Of a DNA stretch of 64,000 nt, positions 29,053-38,187 are shown piece by piece. The position numbers and the translations under genes were made by a program. Numbering within the stretch: position 1 is the first letter of the stretch; the number at the start of each line of letters is the position of its first letter. Source of the DNA: an uncultured delta proteobacterium (lineage in GTDB: Bacteria > Myxococcota_A > Polyangia > Polyangiales > JAFGIB01); contig CAVZVA010000009.1 of the NCBI GenBank assembly GCA_963778655.1, positions 704,001 to 768,000 on the forward strand. The letters are read 5' to 3'. Below the pieces are notes generated by a model. That model had not been told where the DNA came from. It made no database searches and saw only the letters and a list, made by a program, of their open reading frames with translations.

Positions 29053-30209
29053 GTGTAGATGTTAACACGCAGATCGTTGCTCCTGAAGTAGCGCGCGTAG
29101 CCGAGATCGAGGTGCAAGTCGCGCACCCCGCCCGAAAGCGGCAGATCCAGGCTGGCGGCCCCGCCCACGGTCTGTGCCGTCAGTTGCGCCAGATCGCTGT
29201 CGTCGCTGCGCAGTCCCGGAGGCTTGCTGGCGGGCGCGAGCGTGGTCCAGAAATAGGGAGCGTTCTGCACGTGAATACGGTAGTCGAAGCGCAGGTAGAG
29301 CGCCCGCCCCAGCCGCTGATACAGCGCGTACTCGAGCGTGTGCGCGAGCACGTGCCAGCTGTCGGCGTAGAAGCGATAGGAGACGTGCAGGGCGCCCTCC
29401 CAGGGCAGGGCCTGGGCGATCCGCGCCACCAGCGCGTGGCGCAGGCGCGAGCGCGGCAGATACTCGCGCCCGAGCTTGCCGTTCTGCAGCGCGACCGCGT
29501 TCCAGGTGTTCGACAGCTCGCCCTTCTGCAGCGTCCCGCCGTAGCTCAGATTGCCGACCGTGGTCGGCGACAGCAGCTGGGTCAGCTCCAGGTTGGCGTT
29601 GGTGGTGGAGCGGTAGTCGCGTCCCATGCGCGTGCCGTAGACGTTGAAGCGGTCGAGCTCGTCGAGCAGCTGGTGAACGCTGGCGGCGACTACCGCATTG
29701 TCATCCGCGAACGAGTGGCTGGCGCCGGCACCGAGCTGCGAGGATCGGTAGGGCTCCTCGTCGTGGAACGCGACGTGCACCATGCCCTGGTCGTGGGCGC
29801 CGTGGTACGTGCTGGTGAGGTCGATGCTGGCCGCCTCGTTGACGCGCGAGGCGCTCGACATCACGTCGAGCGCGTCGGCCGAAGCCGAGGTCACCACGTC
29901 GACCGGCACGAACAGCCGGTGGCTGAGCCGGCCCTGCGTCGCGACCAGCTCGAGCTGCGGCTGCTCGACCCGCAGCGCCTCCGAGCCGAGCGCGCGCGCG
30001 CCGTGGCGATCGGCCTGCGACTGGTAGCCGCGGCCCTGTTGCTCGAAGTGGCTGAAACGCAGGCGCAGCGACTGCACGTGCAACCCGGGCCGGGGACCGA
30101 GGATGCGCTCGTTCGTGAGGTCGGCGTCGTCGGCCGCCACGACCAGCGGCAACCACAGCAGGACGGCCGCCAGCAGCAGGCGCCGCAAGCGCCTCACTGG
30201 CAGCCGCAT
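29028..30209 (-). CDS. DUF3570-family outer-membrane protein
   Basis: DVVTSASADALDVMSSAS, EEPYRS, LTQLLSP, REYLPRSRLR, YRFYADSW...HT, terminal Phe; lies between DUF4266 and TlpA genes. Confidence 0.8.
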   Translation of the reverse strand: MRLPVRRLRRLLLAAVLLWLPLVVAADDADLTNERILGPRPGLHVQSLRLRFSHFEQQGRGYQSQADRHGARALGSEALRVEQPQLELVATQGRLSHRLFVPVDVVTSASADALDVMSSASRVNEAASIDLTSTYHGAHDQGMVHVAFHDEEPYRSSQLGAGASHSFADDNAVVAASVHQLLDELDRFNVYGTRMGRDYRSTTNANLELTQLLSPTTVGNLSYGGTLQKGELSNTWNAVALQNGKLGREYLPRSRLRHALVARIAQALPWEGALHVSYRFYADSWHVLAHTLEYALYQRLGRALYLRFDYRIHVQNAPYFWTTLAPASKPPGLRSDDSDLAQLTAQTVGGAASLDLPLSGGVRDLHLDLGYARYFRSNDLRVNIYTCGVGFGF

Positions 30210-30406
30210 CCCCCGCCGGCGGGCTCGCCGTCGCCGCCGGCCGCCGCCTCGCGCGTCGAGTAGAGCTTGGCCTTGCGGTGCGCGTCGAGCGAGTCGGACT
30301 CGAATTGCATGATCGGGTCGGCCAGCTTGCCGCGCCGGTTCTGCGGCACGGTCGCGCAGGCGGCGGCGAGCCACGCGAGCGCAAGCGCCAGCAAGAGCCG
30401 CGTCAT
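30194..30406 (-). CDS. DUF4266-family small lipoprotein
   Basis: LAACATV...RGKLADPIM...REAAAGG...GGGCGCQ C-terminus. Confidence 0.88.
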   Translation of the reverse strand: MTRLLLALALAWLAAACATVPQNRRGKLADPIMQFESDSLDAHRKAKLYSTREAAAGGDGEPAGGGCGCQ

Positions 30407-30918
30407 AGCGACCCCGTCATGCCCAGGCCGAGCTGGCCGCGGCCCAGCCAGGGCTGCAGCGCGATGCTGCGCGGAGCCGCGCGCTCGACCGCGGCGAGGC
30501 TGTCGATCAGGCCCACGCCCGCAGCGAGCAGCTGTAGGCCGTAGCACACCGCCAGCAGGCGCCGCCGCCGCAGGCTGCCCTCGATCAGCACGTCCGGGCT
30601 GGTCTCGATCAGCCAGGTGGTGCCGAGCGCGATCGCCGTGGTCACGCCGCCGAACAGCGCCGCTCGGCTCCATTCCAGCGCGACCGCGTGCGACACCACC
30701 GGCGCGAGCGCGAGCCCGCCGAGCACGGTGTAGGCGCCGGCTTTACGGCCAGGCGTGCGCTCGTTGCCCACCAGCAGCAGCCCGCCGACCGCGAGCGAAA
30801 CCAGCGCGGTGCCCACGCCTGCGCTCACGGACGCGACCACCGGCGGCCGGCGCGCGTCCTGCTGCGCGGCCGCGCGGGCCGCTCCGAGCAGAACGGCGAG
30901 AACCGCGAGCACGCGCAT
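30403..30918 (-). CDS. Hypothetical membrane or secreted protein
   Basis: Signal peptide plus hydrophobic segments; stop overlaps the DUF4266 start (ATGA). Confidence 0.65.
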   Translation of the reverse strand: MRVLAVLAVLLGAARAAAQQDARRPPVVASVSAGVGTALVSLAVGGLLLVGNERTPGRKAGAYTVLGGLALAPVVSHAVALEWSRAALFGGVTTAIALGTTWLIETSPDVLIEGSLRRRRLLAVCYGLQLLAAGVGLIDSLAAVERAAPRSIALQPWLGRGQLGLGMTGSL

Positions 30919-30958
30919 GCCGGCGAGTATAGTCGCGGGCGCGCGGCCTGCCAGTACC

Positions 30959-32167
30959 TCAGCCCGCGGCGAAGTGCTCCCGCAGCGCCGACGCGAGCCG
31001 CTGGTATTGTGCTTCGTGGTTGTAGAGCTGAGCCGAAATGCGCAGCAGGCGCGCGGGCGGCGCGGGCCAGGGCTGCAGCGGCACCTCGATACGGTGGCGC
31101 TCCAGCAGCGTGTCCTGCAACGGGTCGAGCGCGAAGGCCGGCCTTTGGGCGGCCGCCGGCGCGGGCGGCGCCAGCGGCAGCGGCACCGCGGCCATCGAGC
31201 CGAGCAGCGCGTCGGGGCAGGGCGCTGCGGCGCCGAGCGCGTCGCACAGCCGCGCGCGCCCGGCCACGGCCAGCGCGTGGTTGCGCGCGTACACGGCCGC
31301 AAGCCCGCTCGGCAGTCGCGCGGCCAGGAAGCGGATCGCGGCCGGCATGCACAGCGCGGGCGTGGGATCGAGGGTGCCGGTCCAGTCGTGCTCGAGCAGG
31401 AAGAGCGAGCGGTCGCGGCGCGTGCTGCCCGCGCCGTGGCTGATCGCGAGCGGGCGGATCTGAGCCTGCCGGTCCCTGCGCACGTGCAGAAAGCCGACCG
31501 CTTTGGGCGCGCACAGCCATTTGTGGCAGTTGCCGGTGTAGTACGCGGCGCCGATGCGACGCAGCGACAACGGGAGCATGCCCGGCGCGTGCGCGCCGTC
31601 GACCAGAGTATCGATCCCGCGTTCGGAGAGCTCTGCCACCAGCCGTTCGATCGGGAACACCAGCGCGGTCGGGCTGGTGACGTGGTCCAGCATCGCCAGT
31701 CGCGTGCGCGGGCCGACCCGCGCCAGCACTGCGTCGATCAGCGCCTGCTCCGAACGCACAGGAAACGGAACCGCGGCCACCACCAGCCGCGCGCCCGCGC
31801 GCTGCGCGACGAAGCCCAGCGCGTTGTGGCAGGCGCGGTAGGCGTGATCGGTGGTCAGCAGCTCGTCGCCGGGCTGCAGCGCCAGCGAGCGCAGCACGCC
31901 GTTGACGCCGGTGGTGGCATTGGCGACGAACGCGAGGTCGTCCGGGTCCGCGTCGACCAGCTCGGCCAGCTCGGCGCGGGCCGCGTCGAGCAGCGCCGGC
32001 AGCTCGCGCATGAAGAAGGCCACCGGCTGGCGCTCCATGCGCGCGCGCAGCTCCTGCTGCGCCTGCAACACCTGTGCGGGACAGGCGCCGAAGGAGCCGT
32101 GGTTGAGGAAGTCGACGCTCGGGTCGAGCGTCCAGTGCCGCGCGTGCTCGGAGCCGTGCTCGCTCAT
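30959..32167 (-). CDS. Class V PLP-dependent enzyme (CefD/EgtE/cysteine desulfhydrase-like)
   Basis: FLNHGSFGACP, NATTGVN, DHVTS, VDGAH, GNCHKWLCAPK, LRISAQLYN. Confidence 0.92.
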   Translation of the reverse strand: MSEHGSEHARHWTLDPSVDFLNHGSFGACPAQVLQAQQELRARMERQPVAFFMRELPALLDAARAELAELVDADPDDLAFVANATTGVNGVLRSLALQPGDELLTTDHAYRACHNALGFVAQRAGARLVVAAVPFPVRSEQALIDAVLARVGPRTRLAMLDHVTSPTALVFPIERLVAELSERGIDTLVDGAHAPGMLPLSLRRIGAAYYTGNCHKWLCAPKAVGFLHVRRDRQAQIRPLAISHGAGSTRRDRSLFLLEHDWTGTLDPTPALCMPAAIRFLAARLPSGLAAVYARNHALAVAGRARLCDALGAAAPCPDALLGSMAAVPLPLAPPAPAAAQRPAFALDPLQDTLLERHRIEVPLQPWPAPPARLLRISAQLYNHEAQYQRLASALREHFAAG

Positions 32168-32296
32168 GAAGGTTCTCTCAGTGGCATCGTGTTAGCAGCT
32201 TGCAGGATCGCGGGAAGCCGACAAGGACCACAAGTGGCGCGGGCCGATCGGTGTCGCGCGTCGCGCACGCCCCGTCCCCACGCGCATTCGAGGCGC

Positions 32297-32665
32297 TCAC
32301 AGCGGCTTGGCACCCAGCGCGATCACGCTGTGGCGCGGATCGGCCGGAGCGAACAGCGCCTGCCACTGGCGCTCGGCCTCCCGCATCAGCTCCGGGCTCG
32401 GCCGTTCGACCGCCACGATCGGGCCGGTGAGCACGCGCCGGCTCGCCGCAAACAGACACAGCCGCTCACCCATGCGCGCCTGTTGCGCGGCCGCCACGGG
32501 GTCGGTTCCGAGCGCTCGCAGCGGCCCGAGCAGGTGCGCGCAGGCCGCCGCGTGCAGCGGCAGCCAGCCTCCCGTGCGGCGGTCGCGGACGCCCACGCAC
32601 AGGTCTTGCAGCACCAGGTATTCGCTGCGGTAGGTGAGATAGAGCTTGGGGTTGCCGGCGGTCAT
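32297..32665 (-). CDS. Hypothetical small protein
   Basis: LYLTYRSEY...LCVGVRDRRTGGW...H-A...G-RL-L...LTGPIVAVERP; GGAGG RBS. Confidence 0.7.
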   Translation of the reverse strand: MTAGNPKLYLTYRSEYLVLQDLCVGVRDRRTGGWLPLHAAACAHLLGPLRALGTDPVAAAQQARMGERLCLFAASRRVLTGPIVAVERPSPELMREAERQWQALFAPADPRHSVIALGAKPL

Positions 32666-32783
32666 TCGCGCCTCCGTGCAGGGCGGATCACGATGGCTGA
32701 TCCGATGTTCAGTGTCAAGCCTGGGCCCGATGCACCCTGGGCCCATCGTTGCCGCGGGCCTCGCGTGGCAGAATGCGCGGCGC

Positions 32784-33398
32784 ATGGGCTTCTACGAACG
32801 CCAGGTCCTGCCGCGCATCTTCGATCGCGTTCTGAGCAACGCCGAGATCGAGGCTTACCGCGCGCGCGCGACGCCCGGGCTGCACGGGCAGCTGGTGGAA
32901 ATCGGCTTCGGCTCCGGGCTCAACCTGCCGCACTATCCGGCCGAGGTGCAGCGCGTGCTCGCGGTCGATCCCTCGGCGGTGGGCTACGGGCTCGCGCAAC
33001 GGCGCATCGCCGCGTGCCACGCCCAGGTGGACCTGGTCGCGATCGACGGCGCGCGCCTGCCGCTGGATACCGCCAGCGCCGACAGCGCGCTCAGCACGCT
33101 CACGCTGTGCTCGATTCCGGACGTGCAGGCCGCGCTCGCCGAGCTGCGGCGCGTGCTCAAGCCCGGCGGGTCGCTGCACTTCTTCGAGCACGGCCGTTCC
33201 AGCGACCCTGGCGTCGCGCGCTGGCAGGATCGGCTCAACCCGCTGCAGAAGCGCCTGGCCGGAGGCTGCCACCTCAACCGTGACATCCCCGCGCTGCTCG
33301 AGGCCGCCGGCTTCGAGCTGCAGTCGCTCGAAAACACGTACATGCGCGGCCCGCGCGTCATGACCTGCATCTACGAAGGCCGCGCGCTCTCGCCCTAG
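32784..33398 (+). CDS. Class I SAM-dependent methyltransferase
   Basis: VEIGFGSGLNLPHY, TLCSIPD, RRVLKPGG, FFEHG, GGCHLNRD. Confidence 0.92.
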   Translation: MGFYERQVLPRIFDRVLSNAEIEAYRARATPGLHGQLVEIGFGSGLNLPHYPAEVQRVLAVDPSAVGYGLAQRRIAACHAQVDLVAIDGARLPLDTASADSALSTLTLCSIPDVQAALAELRRVLKPGGSLHFFEHGRSSDPGVARWQDRLNPLQKRLAGGCHLNRDIPALLEAAGFELQSLENTYMRGPRVMTCIYEGRALSP

Positions 33399-33407
33399 AG
33401 CGGCCGC

Positions 33408-34232
33408 TCACGCGTCCGGGCGTTCGGCGAACAGCCTGAGCGGATCGCGCAGCCTGCCGTGCTCGCGATACTCGAAGTGCAGGTGCGAGCCGCGTGCCAC
33501 GCCGGTGTGGCCGACCTCGCCCACCACCTGCCCGCGCTTCACGTGCTGCCCCGCGAACACGTAGATCGCGCGGCAGTGCCCGTAGGCCGCGACCGAGCCG
33601 TCGGGGTGAATCGTCACCAGCAGGTTGCCGTAGCCGTGCACGCCGTTGTCGCTGTAGCCGACGATGCCGCTCTTGACCGCGCGGATCAGCGCGCCTTCGG
33701 GCGCACCGATGTCCACGCCCTTGTGGCGATGGTGAAAGCCGCTCTTGGTGCGATGCGGGCGCTGCAGCCCGCGCCACACCGAGCCTTGCTCTACCGGCCA
33801 CAACAGCGTCTCGTCGTTTGGCTCGCCCGCGGCCTCGATCCACTCGGGCTTGGGCGACTCGAACAGCAGATCGCCCGCGGCTGTGAGCGTGCCGAGCCCG
33901 AGCCGCTTGGCCAGCGCGGCTTCCTCGCCGTGCGGAAGCGGCACCTTGCGCGGGCCCTGACAGAAGCCCTTGCGCCGGCCCTTGCGCGCGCACTCGCGCC
34001 CGTGTGAGGGCATCCAGTCGTGCGGCACCACGACCGCGTCCGCGGAGTCGGCAGCCGCCGAGTCGGCCGGATCGCGCCGGCTGCTAGAGCGCTTCGCGCT
34101 GGCGCTGTCACGGCTGGGGCTCGCGACCGCGAGCACGCTAGGCTCGGAGCGACCAACTACGGGCCAGATCGCCAGGCCCAGGCCTAGCACCACCACTACC
34201 GCACAGCGCACACGGCAATCTCGGCTATCCAC
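33408..34232 (-). CDS. M23 family metallopeptidase
   Basis: HKGVD, YGH, GSHLHFEYR; signal peptide. Confidence 0.9.
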   Translation of the reverse strand: MDSRDCRVRCAVVVVLGLGLAIWPVVGRSEPSVLAVASPSRDSASAKRSSSRRDPADSAAADSADAVVVPHDWMPSHGRECARKGRRKGFCQGPRKVPLPHGEEAALAKRLGLGTLTAAGDLLFESPKPEWIEAAGEPNDETLLWPVEQGSVWRGLQRPHRTKSGFHHRHKGVDIGAPEGALIRAVKSGIVGYSDNGVHGYGNLLVTIHPDGSVAAYGHCRAIYVFAGQHVKRGQVVGEVGHTGVARGSHLHFEYREHGRLRDPLRLFAERPDA

Positions 34233-34294
34233 AGAGCCCCGTCAAGACGCCCAGCCGCGCATTCGCGTGCGCGTCCAGCGTCTCCCTCGGGAGG

Positions 34295-34353
34295 ATGCAA
34301 CAGGAAGTCGGGGAGCTCGGGAAGTGCCGCCTTCACCTGACTTGCCGCCTTGC
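34295..34353 (+). repeat. ACAGGAAG repeat family copy
   Basis: atgcaacaggaagtcgggagctcgggaag ... cttgccgccttg. Confidence 0.5.
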
Positions 34354-34400
34354 GCGCGTCCGCGATCCGCTCGATTCGCGAGCGCGCGCTCGGTGCGGCG

Positions 34401-35849
34401 TCAGTCCACTTTGCGCAATAGCTCCAGGAACTTCTTCGGCCCCATGAAACCGGTCACCCGCGCGACTTCGTGCCCGGAGTGATCGTGCAGCACCACCAGC
34501 GGCAAGCCGCGCTGGTTGTAGCTGCGCAGCAGCGCCTGCTTCTTCGGCGTGTCCTTGCCTGGAGACAGATCCACGTGTACCGGCACGAAGCGCTGGCCTT
34601 CGCGCACCACGCGTGCGTCCGAGAAGGTCTCGCGGTCGAGCTCGCCGCACGCACCGCACCAGGACGCGCCGAAGTCGACCAGCATTGGCCGATTGCTGGC
34701 AAGCGCGAGCTGTTGCGCCGTGGAGTAGTCGTCGAGCCACTTGATGCGGGCGCCCGGCGGCAGCGCAATCAAGAAGCCGACCACGCCGCTCAGCCCCGCG
34801 ACCGAGAGCGCGATGCCCGCGCTCTTGCGAATGCGCACCGACAGCGGCGTGTGGTGGAAGCTCAGGTGCACGCCTCCGATCGCCGCGCCGGCCGCGAACA
34901 GCCCGAGCGCGCCGAGCAAGAACGGGGTGGTGTGGTGCGCCAGACCCATCAGCCCCGGGATCAGGTCGCGCACGAAGTACAACGCGGCGGTGAGCATCAC
35001 GATGCCGAACACGCCCTTGACGCCCTCCAGCCAGTTTCCCGACTTCGGCAGCGACATCGAGAAGGTGCCGACCAGGAAGAACAGCAGCCCGAGCCCCATC
35101 GAGTAGGAGAAGAAGGCGAGCGCGCCAAACACCACGTTGCGCGTGGTGCCGACCCAGGTCAGCAGAAAGCCCACCACCGGACCGGTGCAGGGGGCGGCGA
35201 TCAGTGAGCTGGCCAGGCCGAGCACGAACGCGCCCTTGAGCCCGTCGCCGCCGGCCATCGCCAGCCGGTTCTTGAGCCCGGAGGGCAGGTCGAGCTCGAA
35301 CGCGCCGAACATCGAGGCCGCCAGCGCGATGAAGAACAACGCCAGCCCGCACAGCACGATCGGGTTGGCGAGCTGGCTGCCGAAGACGTTGCCCGACAGC
35401 GCCGCCACCACGCCCAGCGGCGTGAACAGCGCGGCGATGCCGAGCACGAACGCGGTCGAAAGCTTCGCGGCGGCCAGCTTGCTGGTCGCCTGGCGCGCGC
35501 CGAACACGCTCACCGTGATCACGATCATCGGGTACACGCAGGGCGTCAGGGAGGTCGCCACCCCGGCGCCGAAGGCCAGGGCCAGGGCAGTCAGCCAGCT
35601 GCCTGACTGCAGGGCATGGCGCAGCGGCGCCTCCAGATTGGAGAGCGCGTCCGCGCGGGCGGTCGAGGCGGCCAGCGCCAGCCCGAGCAGCGCCAGGCCG
35701 GCGCTGAGGGCAAGCAACTGGGGTTGCAAGCCCCCAGACCGTCCCCGCTTGGGGGTGCGCGGCCACAGCCCGAGGCGAGGCGCGGTCCTGGATTCTCCCG
35801 TAATTTCGAGGCTGGAGGGCGCGTGGTGGCTGGTCCGTATCTTGCTCAT
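34401..35849 (-). CDS. dsbD: DsbD-family protein-disulfide reductase (transmembrane plus thioredoxin domains, no N-terminal Ig-like domain)
   Basis: SLTPCVYPMI, AAPCTGP, LPKSGNWL, DFGASWCGAC. Confidence 0.88.
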   Translation of the reverse strand: MSKIRTSHHAPSSLEITGESRTAPRLGLWPRTPKRGRSGGLQPQLLALSAGLALLGLALAASTARADALSNLEAPLRHALQSGSWLTALALAFGAGVATSLTPCVYPMIVITVSVFGARQATSKLAAAKLSTAFVLGIAALFTPLGVVAALSGNVFGSQLANPIVLCGLALFFIALAASMFGAFELDLPSGLKNRLAMAGGDGLKGAFVLGLASSLIAAPCTGPVVGFLLTWVGTTRNVVFGALAFFSYSMGLGLLFFLVGTFSMSLPKSGNWLEGVKGVFGIVMLTAALYFVRDLIPGLMGLAHHTTPFLLGALGLFAAGAAIGGVHLSFHHTPLSVRIRKSAGIALSVAGLSGVVGFLIALPPGARIKWLDDYSTAQQLALASNRPMLVDFGASWCGACGELDRETFSDARVVREGQRFVPVHVDLSPGKDTPKKQALLRSYNQRGLPLVVLHDHSGHEVARVTGFMGPKKFLELLRKVD

Positions 35850-35909
35850 GATCACCTGGCTACTCGGATTTGCGGTGAACGCCACAGGCGTAACCGGAGG
35901 ATGGGGCGA

Positions 35910-38180
35910 ATGCACAAGACGAAGCTGGCAGTCCGCTTTCTCTTAATGTCCGGAGGCGCCGGTCTCTTCATCGGCTGCCAGAACAATGCGAGCAGCCACG
36001 GCGTGTTGCCCGGGGTCGACGGCATGGTGTTCGCCAAGCGCGCGTACCTAACCAAGGACGGCTCGCAGGACGTTGCCGGGGGTGCGGGGCAGGTCATCGA
36101 CTACCTGCGGTACGAGCCGGGCGGCGGCGTCTTCACGCTGAATCCACCAGCACCCGACGGAACGTTACGCAACCTGACCGCCTCCTTCAAGGACGTGGAC
36201 ATCGCGGGTCTCGACCTGTCCTTCGACGCCAAGCAGGTCACCTTCGCGATGCGGCACAAGGACGACGACGGCCACTATCACATCTATACCGCGGCCGTGG
36301 ACGGCAGCTCGCGGCCCAAGCAGCTCACCTTCGGGCCGTATGACGACGTACGGCCGATCTACGTGCCAGGCAAGCGCATCGCGTTCGTCACCAACGAGGG
36401 TTACACCGAGATGGGCACGCGCGCCGACGAGTACAACCACGGGCGCGTGGTGACGCAGCTGGCCACCGTCTCGAGCGAGTCCGGCGATGCCGATCGGCAG
36501 CTGTGCTCGCAGAGCCTGTCGCACGCCGCCGACCCGTTTCTGATGAGCGACGGCACGGTCGGCTACTCGCGCTGGGAGCACCTGGGCCCGGTCAACGACG
36601 TCAAGCTGTTTCACATGAATCCGGACTGCACCAGCATGACCGCGGTCGCGGGCCAGCACGGCAAGGACTTCAACAGCATCGTGCAGGTGCACGAGGTGTC
36701 GGCGGGCGTGCTGATCGGCATCGGCACCGACCGCGAGGGCACGATCCAGGCCGGCGCGATCATGAAGATCGACACCCGCGCGCCCTCGACCATCGCCAAG
36801 GTTGACGAGCAGACCGCGCGCTTCACCTCGCTCACGCCGCAGGTGCCGACCGGCCGTGGCGAGGTGGTGCCGGCCGGCGTCGGCCGCTACCGCACGCCCT
36901 ACCAGCTCGAGCCCGGCAAGCTGCTGGTCTCGTGGGCCAACGGCGACGTCAGCGATCGGCTCGAGATCGCCGACACCGCGCCCAAGTTCGGCATCTACCT
37001 GCTCGACCAGAAGAGCGGCCAGCGCGTGCGCGTCTACGACGACCCCAAGACCTGGGATCTGTACGCGCTGCCGCTGCGCGCGCGCGACGAGCCGCCGGTG
37101 CGCAGCAGCCGCATCGACGCGCCTTCCGATCCCAGCCAGAGCGGGTTCAGCGCGGAGGCCGCGGTGCTCGGCTCGATCGATGTCGCCGACACCTCGCTCG
37201 ACGAGCAGGTCCAGGGCGGCCAGTTCGAGCAGCCGGTCGCGCTGGGCGAGGCGCTCAAGCAGACCGAGAAGGTGCGCATCATCGAGGGCTTCTCCTCGGA
37301 GATCGGCCCCGTCCGCATGTTCGGCCTGACCATGCACGAGGGCGCCGCGATTCTGGGCGAGGTCCCCGTGCAGCCCGACCGCTCCTGGGAAGCGCACGTG
37401 GTGCCGTACCTACCGTACCACCTGCAGCCGATCGACCGCTTCGGTCTGGCGATCCGCAGCGAGGGGCTGTGGATCCAGGCGATGCCGGGCGAGAACCGTA
37501 CCTGCGGCGGCTGCCACGAGTCGCGCAGCGAGGCCTCGGTGGCCACCCAGGGCGCGACGCTGGCGCAGCAGCTGCCGCTCGACCACAAGGACTACTCGCA
37601 GGTGGCGGTCGCCGACCGCATCGAGCTGCCCTGGTACGGCGCCAAGAGCGGGCCGAACGTGCAGGACGTGTTCGACGCCAAGTGCGTGTCGTGCCACGAC
37701 GGCGGCGCCAACGACCCCTTCGCGGGGCGTTCGTACACGGTCACCATTCCGCCTCCGCTCGACGATCCGTCGCAGGGCGAGCTGACCTACCAGATCCCCT
37801 ATCTCAAGCTGACCCGCGATCCGATCGACACCTATTACGAGAAGGACACGGTGAGCTATCCGGCCTCGTACGTCACGCTGCTCTACCCGTCGGCGATGAT
37901 GGGCGAGATGCAGGTGACGGGCGACGTGCCCGATCCGCCCTGGGTGGTTCCCGCGTCGGCGCGCTCGAGCCGCCTGATCCAGAAGATCAACGCCACCCCG
38001 AGCGACGACCGCGCCGGCACTGAGTGGGCCTGGTCCACGCCGCCGCACCCCGAGGACGTGGGCGTCTCGCTCACGCCCGAAGAGCGCCTGACGCTGATCC
38101 GCATGGCGGATCTCGGCGGGCAGTACTACTCGCGCCGCAACGTGGATAGTGCCAGCGCCTATTCCATGCAGGGGAACTGA
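35910..38180 (+). CDS. HzsA-related lipoprotein: PD40/TolB-like propeller, HZS-alpha middle domain and two CxxCH motifs
   Basis: Lipobox FIGC; DLSFDAKQVTFAM; DGTVGYSRWEH; LGEVPVQPDRSW...PGENRTCGGCHE; KCVSCH. Confidence 0.85.
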   Translation: MHKTKLAVRFLLMSGGAGLFIGCQNNASSHGVLPGVDGMVFAKRAYLTKDGSQDVAGGAGQVIDYLRYEPGGGVFTLNPPAPDGTLRNLTASFKDVDIAGLDLSFDAKQVTFAMRHKDDDGHYHIYTAAVDGSSRPKQLTFGPYDDVRPIYVPGKRIAFVTNEGYTEMGTRADEYNHGRVVTQLATVSSESGDADRQLCSQSLSHAADPFLMSDGTVGYSRWEHLGPVNDVKLFHMNPDCTSMTAVAGQHGKDFNSIVQVHEVSAGVLIGIGTDREGTIQAGAIMKIDTRAPSTIAKVDEQTARFTSLTPQVPTGRGEVVPAGVGRYRTPYQLEPGKLLVSWANGDVSDRLEIADTAPKFGIYLLDQKSGQRVRVYDDPKTWDLYALPLRARDEPPVRSSRIDAPSDPSQSGFSAEAAVLGSIDVADTSLDEQVQGGQFEQPVALGEALKQTEKVRIIEGFSSEIGPVRMFGLTMHEGAAILGEVPVQPDRSWEAHVVPYLPYHLQPIDRFGLAIRSEGLWIQAMPGENRTCGGCHESRSEASVATQGATLAQQLPLDHKDYSQVAVADRIELPWYGAKSGPNVQDVFDAKCVSCHDGGANDPFAGRSYTVTIPPPLDDPSQGELTYQIPYLKLTRDPIDTYYEKDTVSYPASYVTLLYPSAMMGEMQVTGDVPDPPWVVPASARSSRLIQKINATPSDDRAGTEWAWSTPPHPEDVGVSLTPEERLTLIRMADLGGQYYSRRNVDSASAYSMQGN

Positions 38181-38187
38181 GGTCACC

